A stretch of 64,000 nt of DNA from Camelus ferus. Taxonomy: Eukaryota. The position numbers and the translations under genes are program-made. The notes beneath the pieces were generated by a model. That model was not told the DNA's origin. It worked only from the letters and a program-made list of their open reading frames with translations, and searched no databases. Positions 1-10,900 of the stretch are shown one piece after another (within the stretch, counting starts at the first letter, position 1; each line of letters starts with the position of its first letter). The stretch covers positions 26,102,001 to 26,166,000 of the forward strand of contig NC_045717.1 of assembly GCF_009834535.1 (NCBI RefSeq). The letters are read 5' to 3'.

Positions 1-600
1 GGGAGGAGGTGCGGGTTGGAAGCAGGGAGGTGGCAGAGGTCGGGGGAGCCACGGACGGTCCACTTGGCGCGGTTTCCTGGGAGAGCCGCCGGGGCTGCTC
101 TTGGCAAGCGGGCTCCTGCGGGCTGCGGGCTGCGGGCTGGGGGCGGGAGCCCTCCAGAGCCGGGGGCTTGGCAGCAGCACTTGAAGAACAGGGGGAGCCC
201 ACGGGGAGGGCAAACGTGGGCGGGGGCGGGACCCCGCACTGCCGTCTCCTTCACGCTCACAGCCGGCCCGGAGGAGCGGGCCCCCCCGTGTCACCGATGA
301 GGCAGGAGCTGAGTGGAAGGGAGTTTCCCCTGAACCCTAATGGAGAGACCCGCTCATTTCAGACACCGTCGAGGACAGGATACAGAAGCCACCGTCACTG
401 CTGATGGTGGCGGCGCGCCCCCCCCCCCCCGCCCCCGGCCGGGGCGCCGCCTCCCCGGGCCTGCGGAGCCGGCCCTGTCCGTGTCCCCGGTAACGCGGGC
501 CAAGTGGTCCGCTCCCCGAGACGCGGGCACAGAGACCTCACGACCCAAGCCTTCCACGCAGCTTCTGCTGAACCTCAGCACTGGGGCTCATCAAGACAGA
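1..600. promoter_or_regulatory. CpG-rich island with GC boxes, about 12 kb upstream of BTBD2 exon 1
   Basis: Dense CpG, GGGCGG boxes (~219-231, ~430-450) and (GCGGGCT)3 at ~115-140. No recognisable coding exon. Confidence 0.6.
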
Positions 601-1164
601 GCCCCGTTATGTGGAGGACTTTGGGTTTTCCGAGTCCCGAGAGATCGCAGGTTTGAGCACGGTGGAGGGACAGAGGCAGGATCCCAGCCGCTTCCATTCA
701 GGTGCCACCACTCATTTTACTAAGGTTCCTGCGAGCTACATCGTCCTTCCTGAGCAGGACATAAGGTTCTTCTGGAACATTCCAGAACGTTTTAGAATCT
801 TCCAGCTTGTTAAATACTCATTCCTGGCCAACGTCCCTGGAGTATAACCGTCAGCCTTGAAGCTTATAAAACTTTAGGTCATTGGGCTAATCTCTAGAAT
901 ACCTTCGATGTAGGAAAGAGAATTTGCTCAGTTGAGTTGCAAAAAAAAAAAAAAAAAAAAAATCAGTGTGTTAATCAGACACAACACTCTGTGACCCTCA
1001 CAGGCCCTTCTGTGTATTTGGAAAGCTGTAGGCTCTCAATTCTATTTTTTCCCCTTGCTGTCTTTCTTTTGGTCCAGGTTTCCCAGAAGCAGACCCTGAG
1101 ACACAGATTTCTGGGAAGGCAGTTAATTAGAATTTCCTGGGAAAATCCAATAGGGTAATCCTGA

Positions 1165-1365
1165 CTCAGGAAACACTGGGTGACCTCTGGGGACGTCTGT
1201 GGTTGTCACGACTTTGTGGGGCTCCTGGCATCGAGTGGGTGGGGTCCGGGGATTCTGCTCCAATACCCTACAGTGCCCAGGACGCCTCCCCACCCATAAC
1301 CAAGAATTATCCGTGCCCCGGGGCTATCAGACAAGGTCCCCTGTTGGAAATCTGGAAACACTGAG
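1165..1365 (+). mobile_element. MER20 (hAT-Charlie) DNA transposon remnant
   Basis: 'ggacgtctgtggttgtcacgact...ggcatcgagtgggt...cagtgcccaggac...aagaattatcc' follows the recalled MER20 consensus. Confidence 0.75.
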
Positions 1366-2749
1366 GGTCACATCTCAGTTGTCCCACCTGAGGCAAGGGA
1401 GCTGGGGCATTTGTACCCCACACCTGTCAGTCATTGGACAGAACTCCCCCGTATTCCCAGCTCTCCTGAGTCCAGGTGAAGTAGGTTCCAGCTGCCCGAG
1501 GGCAGAGAGAAGGTCCTGGTTGCTGGGGGGCAGGTGTGCAGGAGGACAGGGGCAGGACACTGGGGTCGACACATAGCATCTGCTCCATGCCGTGTAAGCC
1601 AAATAGAAATGGATGACAACCACCCATATGTGACAACAGACCAGACAGGTGGCCGAGCCCCAGAACCCTCCCCTGTTTAAAAACCCTGCACTTGAGGGTC
1701 ACTCAGGTGGAACTGCCGATTCTCGTTGCCTGTCGCATTCTGGATCCTGCAAGTTCATTCCCTTCCCTCTCCGTGGTCACCAGGGCTCTGAGATGGCTCC
1801 TCCGTGACCGTGCCGTCAGACACTCCTGCCCTGTGTAGTCCTTGCCCACATGGAATAGGATGGGCCGGAGGCCGGGAAATGATGGGGTGTGGCTTCCCTG
1901 GCTGTCTTCAGGCTCACCATGCTCGAGTCGGGGAAGCCAGCCGCTGCGTTGTGAGGACAACCAAGCAGCGGAGCAGAGACACCCACGTGGGGAGGGGCTA
2001 AGACGCCCACCAGACGCCCTTTTCTCCTGATCAGACTTCCTGCAGAGAGTAAGCCCCCTGTCCTGCAGAATGTCACCTCTGGCAGCTCCAGTGGCCTTAG
2101 CTCATTTCCTGCCCCCGACCCCGAATCTCTGACAAGTGGGAAATTGGATTCAAAGACTTGATGAAGTCAGCTTGAGTACTTCCCAGGTGGTACTGGGTGG
2201 GAACCCCCTTGTGTCACCTAAGGTGATATTTGGTGGGTCCCTGTTCTTCGATTTATCCTTGAACTAGAGTGACTGCAGACACCTAGTGGCTTGATTTCCC
2301 CTTTCACGACTCACCTGGTTATCTGATCACTGCTGATGGAACCAACAATTTCATCAAGAGCTTCAAACTCCTGGCTGGTCTCCACTGCAGTTCCTTTCCC
2401 CAAACGCAGTCACATCCTTAATTCCTGATCTAATGAAGGCCATGCTGTCCCCATGGGTGAATATTCTATTCTGTGCCCAGACAAACCCCACAGTCTGACT
2501 GGGTGTGAGACTTTAAATGGCCCAGAGATTAAATCTAGGCAGAGCCCCTGGGCCCCAGGCACCTGGGCTGGGCTCGGCTGGGCCCCACCTGTTTGGGGGG
2601 TCACTGACCCCCTTGTAGGCTGTCCCCCCGGTCCAGGAGGTCAAGGAGAAGACTAGGCTGTCTTATCGGAAGTGATTCCACCTTAGACACCGGCTAATTA
2701 GAACCAAGAAACATCAACCCACAGCTACCTCATTGGCAAACTTCATTTG

Positions 2750-3410
2750 TGTAAGTGAGGAAAATCTTTCCCTCTACGCTCTTAAGCTGTGAGTGAGGGC
2801 CTGCAAATTAAACTGAGAAAAGATATTTCAATAGGAGAAAAAGCATAAAACTGTATTACTTACTTTAATTTTCTTAATTTATTATTATTTACACATTTAT
2901 ATTTATTTTATTTTTGTGCGTTTTTTTTTTTTTTTTTGATGGGGAGCTAATTAGGCTTACTAACTTACTTTTTAGAGGAGGTACTGGGGATTGAACTCAG
3001 GACTTTGTGCATTGCTAGGCATGCGTTCTACCACTGAGCTATCCCCTCCCCCACAAACGTATTAATTTTTAATTTTATATGCTTGGGGCACCACAGAAAG
3101 AAGTGAATCCCCCAAGGAGCAGTGAGGCTTGAGAGCTCATGTACCATTGTCATAGGGGGAAGGGAGGAGAGAAAGGCCATGTATGGGGGAGCAAATGAAC
3201 GTTAGGAAAGGGCCTCAGGAGACCAGGCCGGAGATGTGAATGGCGAAGTCTGTCTGGGAGCTGTCTTGTCTTCTCCGAGAAGACAGAATTAGAGTTGATT
3301 CCAGGCAGGGATTTCTGACGATATGAGGCTCTGTTTTTAGGCAGATAAGGGATTTCAGGAACTCAAGTTGCCTTCAGCTCAAAATCACTTGAATTACCGG
3401 GGGTGGGAAA
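2750..3410 (-). mobile_element. ERV1-like LTR remnant interrupted by a SINE
   Basis: Motifs such as 'gccttcagctcaaaat' and 'ctctacgctcttaag...gagggcctgcaaattaaactga' resemble reverse-strand ERV1 LTRs. Family not determined. Confidence 0.4.
2921..3052 (-). mobile_element. tRNA-Ala-derived SINE (camelid Vic-1-like)
   Basis: Reverse complement reads GGGGAGGGGATAGCTCAGTGGTAGAACGCATGCCTAGC...GTTCAATCCCCAGTACCTCC...CCTAATTAGCTCCCC followed by poly-A. Confidence 0.9.
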
Positions 3411-3611
3411 TCTTGATCTCCAGATGCTCCTCCCCAACTTTTTGCTTCCTCTCCAAATGTTTTCTTCGATGGCGGGCATTTTTGGTGTGAATGCTGTCCT
3501 CTGGGACAGCCCCAGTGTCCTAGACTCCGGGAAGTGGCTGAGAAGTGACCTTGGCACCTTGCTTGCAGAAGCCCAGAAATAAAGGGAAACTCCTGGGATT
3601 GGCTGTGTAAA

Positions 3612-3630
3612 CAGCGCCCTCTAGAGGCCG
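3612..3630 (-). promoter_or_regulatory. CTCF motif
   Basis: Minus strand CGGCCTCTAGAGGGCGCTG versus consensus TGGCCACCAGGGGGCGCTA. Confidence 0.6.
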
Positions 3631-4523
3631 CCACCGGCTCAGACAGGGCGGGGGAGTGGTTCGGCGACCCCTGGGTCGCACGAACACCCTCAAAGAATTA
3701 CCGCGAGGAGCTGGGCAGGTGTGAGATCAGCGAACAGGAAACGTGTCAGTGAGGAGAGGCGAACAGGCGTGGCGATGTTCCCTGGTCACCCCCGCGGCCG
3801 GGTGGGCTCAGGCTCAGCTTTCTGCATTCACAGCTGATTTCTGTGTCTTTGAAAAGATGTCAGACCTGAAGGTAAAAATGTAATATTTTTATACCAGCTG
3901 AACTTAACTGAGATATAGTTGACTTACGGTGAACCTCACAGATTCCAAGTGTAGCTTGATGAGTTTAGGCAAAAGTAGGAACCCATGTTAGCTACACCCC
4001 ATCAAGACCTAGAACATTCGGGCACCCCAGGAAGTTCCCTCCACTCCCCAGCCAACCTTTCCCCGATTCTAGCACCACAGAAGTTATGGCTGTTCTGAAA
4101 CATCTAGATGGGACCGCACGAGATGTCTTCAGCGTCGGTGCGAAAGGGCTGTGACTCTGCAAACACATGACATGAGGTGAGAAAGTTTGTGCTCCAGGAC
4201 ATCTAAAGCTTTTTTTTTTCACTAGCAATATAAGCACTTGCATTGATCTCTTCCTGGATAGGCATGGAAATGCGATTTGTGTAAAAAATGAAGAGCTTGT
4301 AAGTTATTTCTCAAAAGTAATTGAGCTCGCTTGACCATCCGTGGGTCCTGAAAGCGGTGATTTGAAATAGCCCTCTGTGGTCAGTTCATCAGTTTAGGGA
4401 GTTCATCCTGATTTGCTTAGAAAAGATAATCTTGCCAACGAGGATAAAGTGCAGAGATGGAAGATGCTCTGATTGGAATCATCAGTTCAGCCATTTCCAG
4501 GCTCGGACATTTCAAAGAGGGGT

Positions 4524-4650
4524 GGGGGAGGGTGTGGCTCAGTGGGAGAGTGAGTGCCTGGCATGGAAGGGGGGTGTCCTCGGTTCACTGCCCAGCACCA
4601 CCATTATAAGTAGATAAGTAAACCTAATTACCTGCCCTTCCCCTCAAAAC
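4524..4650 (+). mobile_element. Vic-1-like SINE, diverged
   Basis: GGGGAGGGTGTGGCTCAGTGG head and the diagnostic 'taaacctaattacc' tail. Confidence 0.85.
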
Positions 4651-4864
4651 CCCAAGCAGAGAGGGGAGGCTGGCAGTCCCCGTCTCTGTCCAAAGGTTTG
4701 TTTGGTTTTTTTAAAGTTCCTATTTACAAATTAAAAATGGTCTCAAATCTAGGGACTATCAGTTTAAAATAGAATACAGCATATGGCATATTAAAATTGA
4801 ACACTTCTTCTCACATTTCAGAATATTTCCTTAGGTATTGCTAAAAGACGTGTGTCTCAGAGTG

Positions 4865-4901
4865 TTTTTTTTGGTTTTGTTTTGTTTTGTTTTTGTTTTT
4901 T
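4865..4901. repeat. (TTTTG)n simple repeat
   Basis: tttttttggttttgttttgttttgtttttgtttttt. Confidence 0.9.
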
Positions 4902-5161
4902 GAACATTTTGATTCCTCTCTGTAGCAACAGGACATTTTCAACAAGATGCAACACTGAGGCGAAAGCAGCACCTGGTTTACGTCCTGAGAAGATCCGTGT
5001 TTCTACATCAATGTTGAATGGCTAAAGCTTCCTGAATTCCCTGTGTTTGCTTTCATAAGAACTCTACCAGCAGGTGAACTGCTAGTCTAGACAATGTGAA
5101 ATAAAGTGTGACCATGGCTTTATACCAAAATTTGTTATGATCTAACTTACTGATGTCTTTT

Positions 5162-5286
5162 GTCAATTTTGTTTTGGAAGGGGAAGTAATTAGGTTTATT
5201 TATTTTGAATGGAGCCACTGGGGATTGAACCCAGGAACTTCTGTATGCTAAGCACATGCTCCACCACTGAGCTATCCCCTCCCCCC
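5162..5286 (-). mobile_element. Vic-1-like SINE with 16-bp target-site duplication
   Basis: SINE body flanked by identical CTTACTGATGTCTTTT at 5146-5161 and 5287-5302. Confidence 0.92.
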
Positions 5287-5309
5287 CTTACTGATGTCTT
5301 TTAAAACAT

Positions 5310-6560
5310 CATTTGTGAAAACCTTTTTATCGTGAATTGTGATGCATTTTCAGAAAAGTGCATGCGATAGAAACACATAATTTAACAAGTTATTATCAAA
5401 CCAATACATGACCACTGCTAGGACCTTAGAAGCCCTCCCCCACCCCCTTGCAACCATAAGACCCATATGAATGCAGTCCTCCCTTCCCCCAGTGTAGCCA
5501 GTAATTTGAGTTTTATGATTATTACTTTCCCGCTTTGTTTAGTTTGACCACACGAGTATGCAGCCCTTCGAAATGCAGTTTTACCTGTTTAAAACATTAC
5601 TTAAGTGGAATTACATTGCATGTATTCTTTTGTGTCTGGTTTCTTTCAATTAATATTCATCAAGGTGGTTCTATGTACCTGTGTGTATTCATTTTCATGA
5701 CTGTGTGAATATACCACCAAATTATGTACCATTTGACTTGAATTATTTTTGGATTTGGGCTGTTACCAAAGAAAATGTGGCTATGAGTATGTCTGGCTAT
5801 ATGTGTGCATGCGTTTCCCTAGGGTATATACACCTAAGACTGGAGTTGCCAGGGTGTGGTGTTTGCGAATCTCCAAACTCACTTGATTACATTAAACACA
5901 TCCCAAAGTCGTTGTGCCAGTTGACACTGCCACCCACCACGAGGGTGTGACAATTCCTATCGCCTTTCACCTTCGCCAGCACTTCTCATTAGCACATCTG
6001 GAGTTTTGTTCCCATCCTGTTGGGTCTGTAGTGCTATTTCATTGTGGGTTTCATGTCCATTTCTCTGTTAATAAGGCTGAACATCTTTTTGCAGTTCATT
6101 GGCCATTCGGATTTCCCCCTTTTGTGAATTATGTGTGGCCCAGTTTTCAACTTGGCTGCCTGATTTTCTCTCAGTGATTCCTCGGAATTCTTTATAAATT
6201 CTGGAGATGAGCCTTTTATCCGTTGTATGCATTACAAAAGCCTCCTTTGTGACTTGCCTTTTCACTCTCTTAAGTTGTCTTTTGAACAGTTCTTAATATT
6301 ATATAACCCAGTGTTTCCTTGTTTTCCTTTATTATCATGTTACTTGTTTCAGAAATCATTACCACAAGATTATGAAAGTATTACCTCTATCACCTTTGAA
6401 GTGTTATTGTTTTATCTTTCACGTTTAGGTCTTCAGTCCTCCACAGGTTGTCTTTGCGTTTGGTGTGAGGTCGGGGTCCCAGCATCTTTTGTTGTGTGAC
6501 TGTCCTTTCTGCACTGCTCTGCACTACCACCTCCATCATAAACCCACCCTCAATGTGGAT
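5310..6560 (-). mobile_element. Old L1 (L1M) 3' region
   Basis: The minus-strand ORF 6068-6265 contains 'TTDKRLISRIYKE', resembling the L1 ORF2 C-terminus. L1 3'UTR-like sequence adjoins it. Confidence 0.75.
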
Positions 6561-7209
6561 ATGGTCTGTCTTGGGCTCCTCACCTCTCCAGTGTCTATCC
6601 TTCAGCCCCTGTCTTACTGACTACAGCTGTTTGAGAAGTCTTGGTAGCAATATGAGACAGTATTGTGCGTGATGAGAATCACACTTGTTCAGTGTTCCAG
6701 GTCCCCATCCACAGTGGACCCAAGGGTCTCAAAACCATCAAGAATCTTTGCCTGAATCAATAATTTCATGAAGAGCTGCGAGCTCTTGGGGATATCACCT
6801 GCTTCCCCAGCCTTCAAGCCTGGAAAGCCCAGAAGCCCTCCAACTTCAGACGAGGGTCATGCAGTCAGGCGGGGCCAGAGCAGACTGCATGCATTTGAGT
6901 TGTAACTAGTCCCATGTACAAATTCCACTGCAGGTGGGTGGTCGTAGGGTCTTTTCATGATGTCTTTGGACACTGCATGGCTTACATTGTTTTACTTCTG
7001 TCTCACAGAGTGAACTGCCTAGAGGTGACCTTGCTGACCTTCCAGTCACTAAATGCCATTATCAAGTAAGAACTGATGGCCGAAAACTACCAAGTAAGCA
7101 GTATCAGGGGTCAGAACAGCTGCTAACGAAACATGAACTTAAACAACTGACCCAAAGGACTTGGGTGGGTTGTGCAGTGACTGCAAATTCCTCCCATCCT
7201 GACATGCCT

Positions 7210-7570
7210 GCCCCTTTGCATATCGGCTCCTCCCATCCAGAGGAGGGTTCTGTTTCTCCACCCGTTTAAATCTAGGCCTGGCCGTGTAACTTGCTGTGAT
7301 CTATAGAATGTGGCAGAAATTAGGTGTGGGAGTTTGATCGTCATGATGTAAGGAACCAGTGTAGCCTCTTGGAGGCTGTGAGGCCCCAGGGGGAACTGAG
7401 GCCTCCCAGTCAGCAACCAGCACCAACTGCTCAGTATGCCAACAAAGCCGTCCTGGACCGCCAGCAAAACCTACCCAACCTTCCCGGCGTCTGTGGTCTC
7501 ATAGATCAGCTCAGATGAGATCAGTAGAAGTGCCCACTAACCCACAGAATGGTAAAAAAATAATTCAGGG
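7210..7570 (+). mobile_element. MLT1 (ERVL-MaLR) LTR remnant
   Basis: 'ctcctcccatccagaggag...aaatctaggcctggcc...tagaatgtggcagaa...cacagaat' pattern. Confidence 0.6.
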
Positions 7571-7964
7571 TTTTCCCCAGCAATATTTGATTTTGAAAAA
7601 TTTCAAACATATATCAAAGTTTAAATAATTGACAGTAAACACCCGTATTCCTAACACGTTCCTAATGATAGAAATTCTGTCATTCCTATTTTATTATACC
7701 TGTCATCTCCCCATCCCTTTGTCCATCCATCACTTCATCTATTTTTGATGCATTTTGCAGTTGCAGACATCAGTCCACTACTCCCTGAGTAATTTGGCAT
7801 GCATATCATTAGCATATGATTAAATAATTTGATATTTGTCTATTTTTTCTTTTGAAGTAAAATTTACAATGACTTGCATAAAACCAAAGGATGCATTTGC
7901 TGAGTTTTGACAAGTGCACACGTCTGTGTGACTAGGACCTCTTATTGAGGTCTAGAGCATTCTA

Positions 7965-8130
7965 TTCACTGTGTGATCAGCACAATAATGGCCCCAAGGA
8001 TGTCCACATCCTGATCCCCAGAGTTTGTGAATGTGTTATCTTACATGGCAAAAGGGATTTTGCAGATGGGATTAAATGAAGGATCTTGAGATGGGGAAAT
8101 TATCCCAGATTATCCCTGTGGACACACCAG
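7965..8130 (+). mobile_element. MLT1D-like LTR 5' part
   Basis: 'aataatggcccc..gatgtccacatcctgatcccc...ttacatggcaaaagggattttgcagatg...gagatggggaaattatcc'. Confidence 0.75.
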
Positions 8131-8143
8131 GCAACTGTTTACA

Positions 8144-8630
8144 CAATCGGCCCTCCCTGTCAGCAGGCTCTACCTCCACAGTTTCAACCAACTGCGGATT
8201 GAAAATATTAAAAAAAACAAACCAATTTTCAGAAAATTCTAAGAAGCCAAAGTTAAATTTGCTGTGCACAGGGAGTAGGGTATAGCTCAGTGGTGGAGTG
8301 CATGTTTAGCATGCGTGAGGTCCTGGGTTCAGTCTTCAGTACCCCCGCTTAAAAAAAAAAAAAAAAAGAAAAAAGAAACATAATTACCTTCTTCCCCCCA
8401 AAAAAGCTTAAAAATAAAATATAAAAAAATTGCTGTGCATAGCCAGCTATTTACGCAGTATTGACATTGTATCAGGTATTGTAAGCAGTCTAGAAGTGAT
8501 ATGTGTATCATGCGTGCATAGGTCAGGTACAAATACTTTGCCATTTTATGTAAGAGGCTTAAGCATCATCGGATTTTGGTATCCAAAGGGGTCCTGGAGC
8601 CAATACCCCCAGGATACCGTGGGACGACTG
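8144..8630 (-). mobile_element. MER2 (Tigger-type) DNA transposon, interrupted by a SINE
   Basis: Terminal repeats caatcggccctcc (8144) and gggacgactg (8630), with an internal 'ggattttggtatcc' motif. Confidence 0.8.
8272..8426 (+). mobile_element. Vic-1-like SINE with imperfect TSD
   Basis: GGGTATAGCTCAGTGGTGGAGTGCATG...GGTCCTGGGTTC head and A-rich tail. TSD aaatttgctgtgcacag (8255-8271) / aaattgctgtgcatag (8427-8442). Confidence 0.9.
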
Positions 8631-9226
8631 CAAATAACCACAGGGCGTCAGGGATGATTATAACAGAAGCAAGGACAGTCACTTCCCTGTCCGTCATTAG
8701 CGGGAGGTGTTCAGAGGAGGCCACCAGGGTCAGCTGCACCTGGGTCAGTTACATGCCTATGGTCACAGAACCTGACTCAGCCTGCTTTACTCCATAAAGA
8801 GATTTATTAGTTTACAGAATAAATAGCCCCGAGCCAGGCAGCCTCCAGCCTTTGGATGATCGGCACCCCCCCCCCCCCCCGCAGGGTTTCCTCTCCTCTC
8901 ATTGGCCAAGACGGGTCACATGCCCGGTCTCTGACCCAATCAGCGGCGAGTCATTCGCACTCGTCCTGACAGCCTCTGTGATCGTAGGTCTTACTTCCTA
9001 ACCAGCAGTTGTTTTAAATATGTTGCTGTTACTCTCGTGGCCTGGACTTCTATTTTATGCCGACAGCTAAGAGGAATAAGAAATTACACAAATTCTAAAA
9101 AGAATAGAAAAAAGAAAAGAAAAGAAAAAAATTACACACGTTCTAATAGGATCTTCAGAGACTTATGTGGGTCACCAAATGCTAGAAGAAAAAAATAAAA
9201 TTAGACTTTGGGTGAGGCATTTCTAG

Positions 9227-9440
9227 AGCAGGGATCTGCAAATGTTTTCTGTAAAGGACCAGAGAGTAAATATTTTCATTTTCCACTTTGCTGGCCCCTC
9301 TGCAGCAACTACTGGAATCGGCCCTGGAAGGTGGGACGCGGCTGTCGGCCACATGTCAGCGTATGGGCGTGGCTATGTCCCAATAAAGCTTTATTTACAA
9401 AGACAGGTGGTGGCCGGGGCCTGGCCCGCAGGCAGGCTGT
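9227..9440 (+). mobile_element. MER58A (hAT-Charlie)
   Basis: 'cagggatctgcaaatgttttctgtaaaggaccagagagtaaatatttt...ccaataaagctttatttacaaagacagg'. Confidence 0.8.
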
Positions 9441-10142
9441 GTTGCTGGGGCAGGTAATACGGAGTACTGTTAGAGCTAAATTAGAAAGAGCAAGGCGAGC
9501 TCGCAGTTGTTGAAACGTTACTTCTACCTGAGCACTGAAGTAGACTTTCATCAGTTTTCCATCACAAATCTGTGCGCAGTAATCAGCGACGGGCCCACCA
9601 TATCCAAAATGCGTTCGTCAGGACTTTCCCCACCCCTAGAATGAGGGCTCATTGGAGAACCGCTGGTTTTATGTTTCAGGGCAGGGAATGTGCCCATGGA
9701 CGGGGAATATCTCGTTACCAGAGAGAAGGGATGCTCTTCCTAAAGTTCCCGGGGTGCTGAAGGCCCCCAGGGGCCTCCTTGCAGCTATCCCTCATCAAAA
9801 ATGATTCGTCAATGTCCAGTTCAGGAGACGACTCGTCTGAATGCCGTGAATTCATAATAATCCTCAAAAGACGAGATTCAGGATTTTCAGTCTATCAAGC
9901 CGCTACTTCTCTTCCCGCAGCCTGATTCTGTTAGGATGTACTGTTTTTTCGCATCCCCACATGAAAAGGCCGACAGTCCCTCGCCAAATGATGTAAAAAG
10001 ATTCTATCTTTGGAAAAAAGATAATAAATAAATACACTAAAGTGTTATGACTGGTTAGTTTTGGGTAGTCAGGTGATAGAAGGTACTCGTGTTCTTTTCC
10101 TGTATTTTCCTGGCATTTCCAAGTTCCTGGTTTTATTATTAT

Positions 10143-10282
10143 TTTTTTTCCTTCTGTTTTATGAGGGGGAGGTAATTAGGCTAATTTATTTATTTATATT
10201 TGGAGGAGGTGATGGGGTTGAACCCTGGACCTCGTGCGTTCTAACTAAGTTTGCGCCCTCCCACTGAGCTACGCCTACCACC
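10143..10282 (-). mobile_element. Vic-1-like SINE, diverged
   Basis: 'gggggaggtaattagg...ttgaaccctggacctcg...ccactgagctac'. Confidence 0.85.
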
Positions 10283-10794
10283 ACTCCCCGCGTTTATTTT
10301 TTATATAGTACTTTTAGAGTGAAAAAAAAAGTCTTTGGAAAGCAATGTATCTCCTGGTTGGGGACATGTTTGTTCGTGGCTATAACATTGTACTATCTGG
10401 CCTTCAGTAAATGCCTCACCCCGAGGAGCAGAGGCAGCGGGCCGGCAAGGTGGGATCTTATAAACTCTAGAGGCCAAGCACATGGGACAGGAGAACTTCC
10501 TGTGAGGTGGGGCTGGAAAGTGTTGAGCCCAGAGGGCTGGTGCAGTCTGCAGAACTGGGTCCTTACCCCTGGGGTAGAGGATGTCCCCAGATGAAGGGGT
10601 CTGGCTTTCAATGAGGGGGTCCCTGGAGGGCTTTAAGCAGAGCTTCCAGAGACCTGGTTTAAGCTGGGAGGAGACTAGATTTTAAAACATGTGAGGAAGG
10701 GTAGGTGGTTGGGGCTGGGGGTTGTAGGGAGAGGGCTGGGCAGTTTTAGATGACGATGAAGGAGGAGTGGGGCCTGCGCCCCTGCAGAATTCCA

Positions 10795-10900
10795 GGGGGA
10801 CAGTGCAAAATGAAAACACGGGGCCCCTTATTAAAAAATTATCACACATTTCACGATGGTGACAGCAGAGTAGTAAATTAAGTGCAGAGGCTGCACGCTG
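10795..10900 (-). mobile_element. MER45A (hAT-Tip100) fragment
   Basis: 'cagtgcaaaatgaaaacacggggccccttattaaaaaatt...ggtgacagcagag'. Confidence 0.65.

Noticed and set aside
940-962. 23-nt poly-A as the tail of a retrocopy
   Set aside because: I found no upstream polyA signal, TSD or recognisable parent sequence, so it is treated as a simple homopolymer.
8272-8345. tRNA-Ala-like sequences (also at 2980-3052, 4524-4600, 5210-5286, 10200-10282)
   Set aside because: They have substituted A/B boxes and imperfect stems, and are followed by SINE tails and TSDs. These are tRNA-derived SINEs, not tRNA genes.
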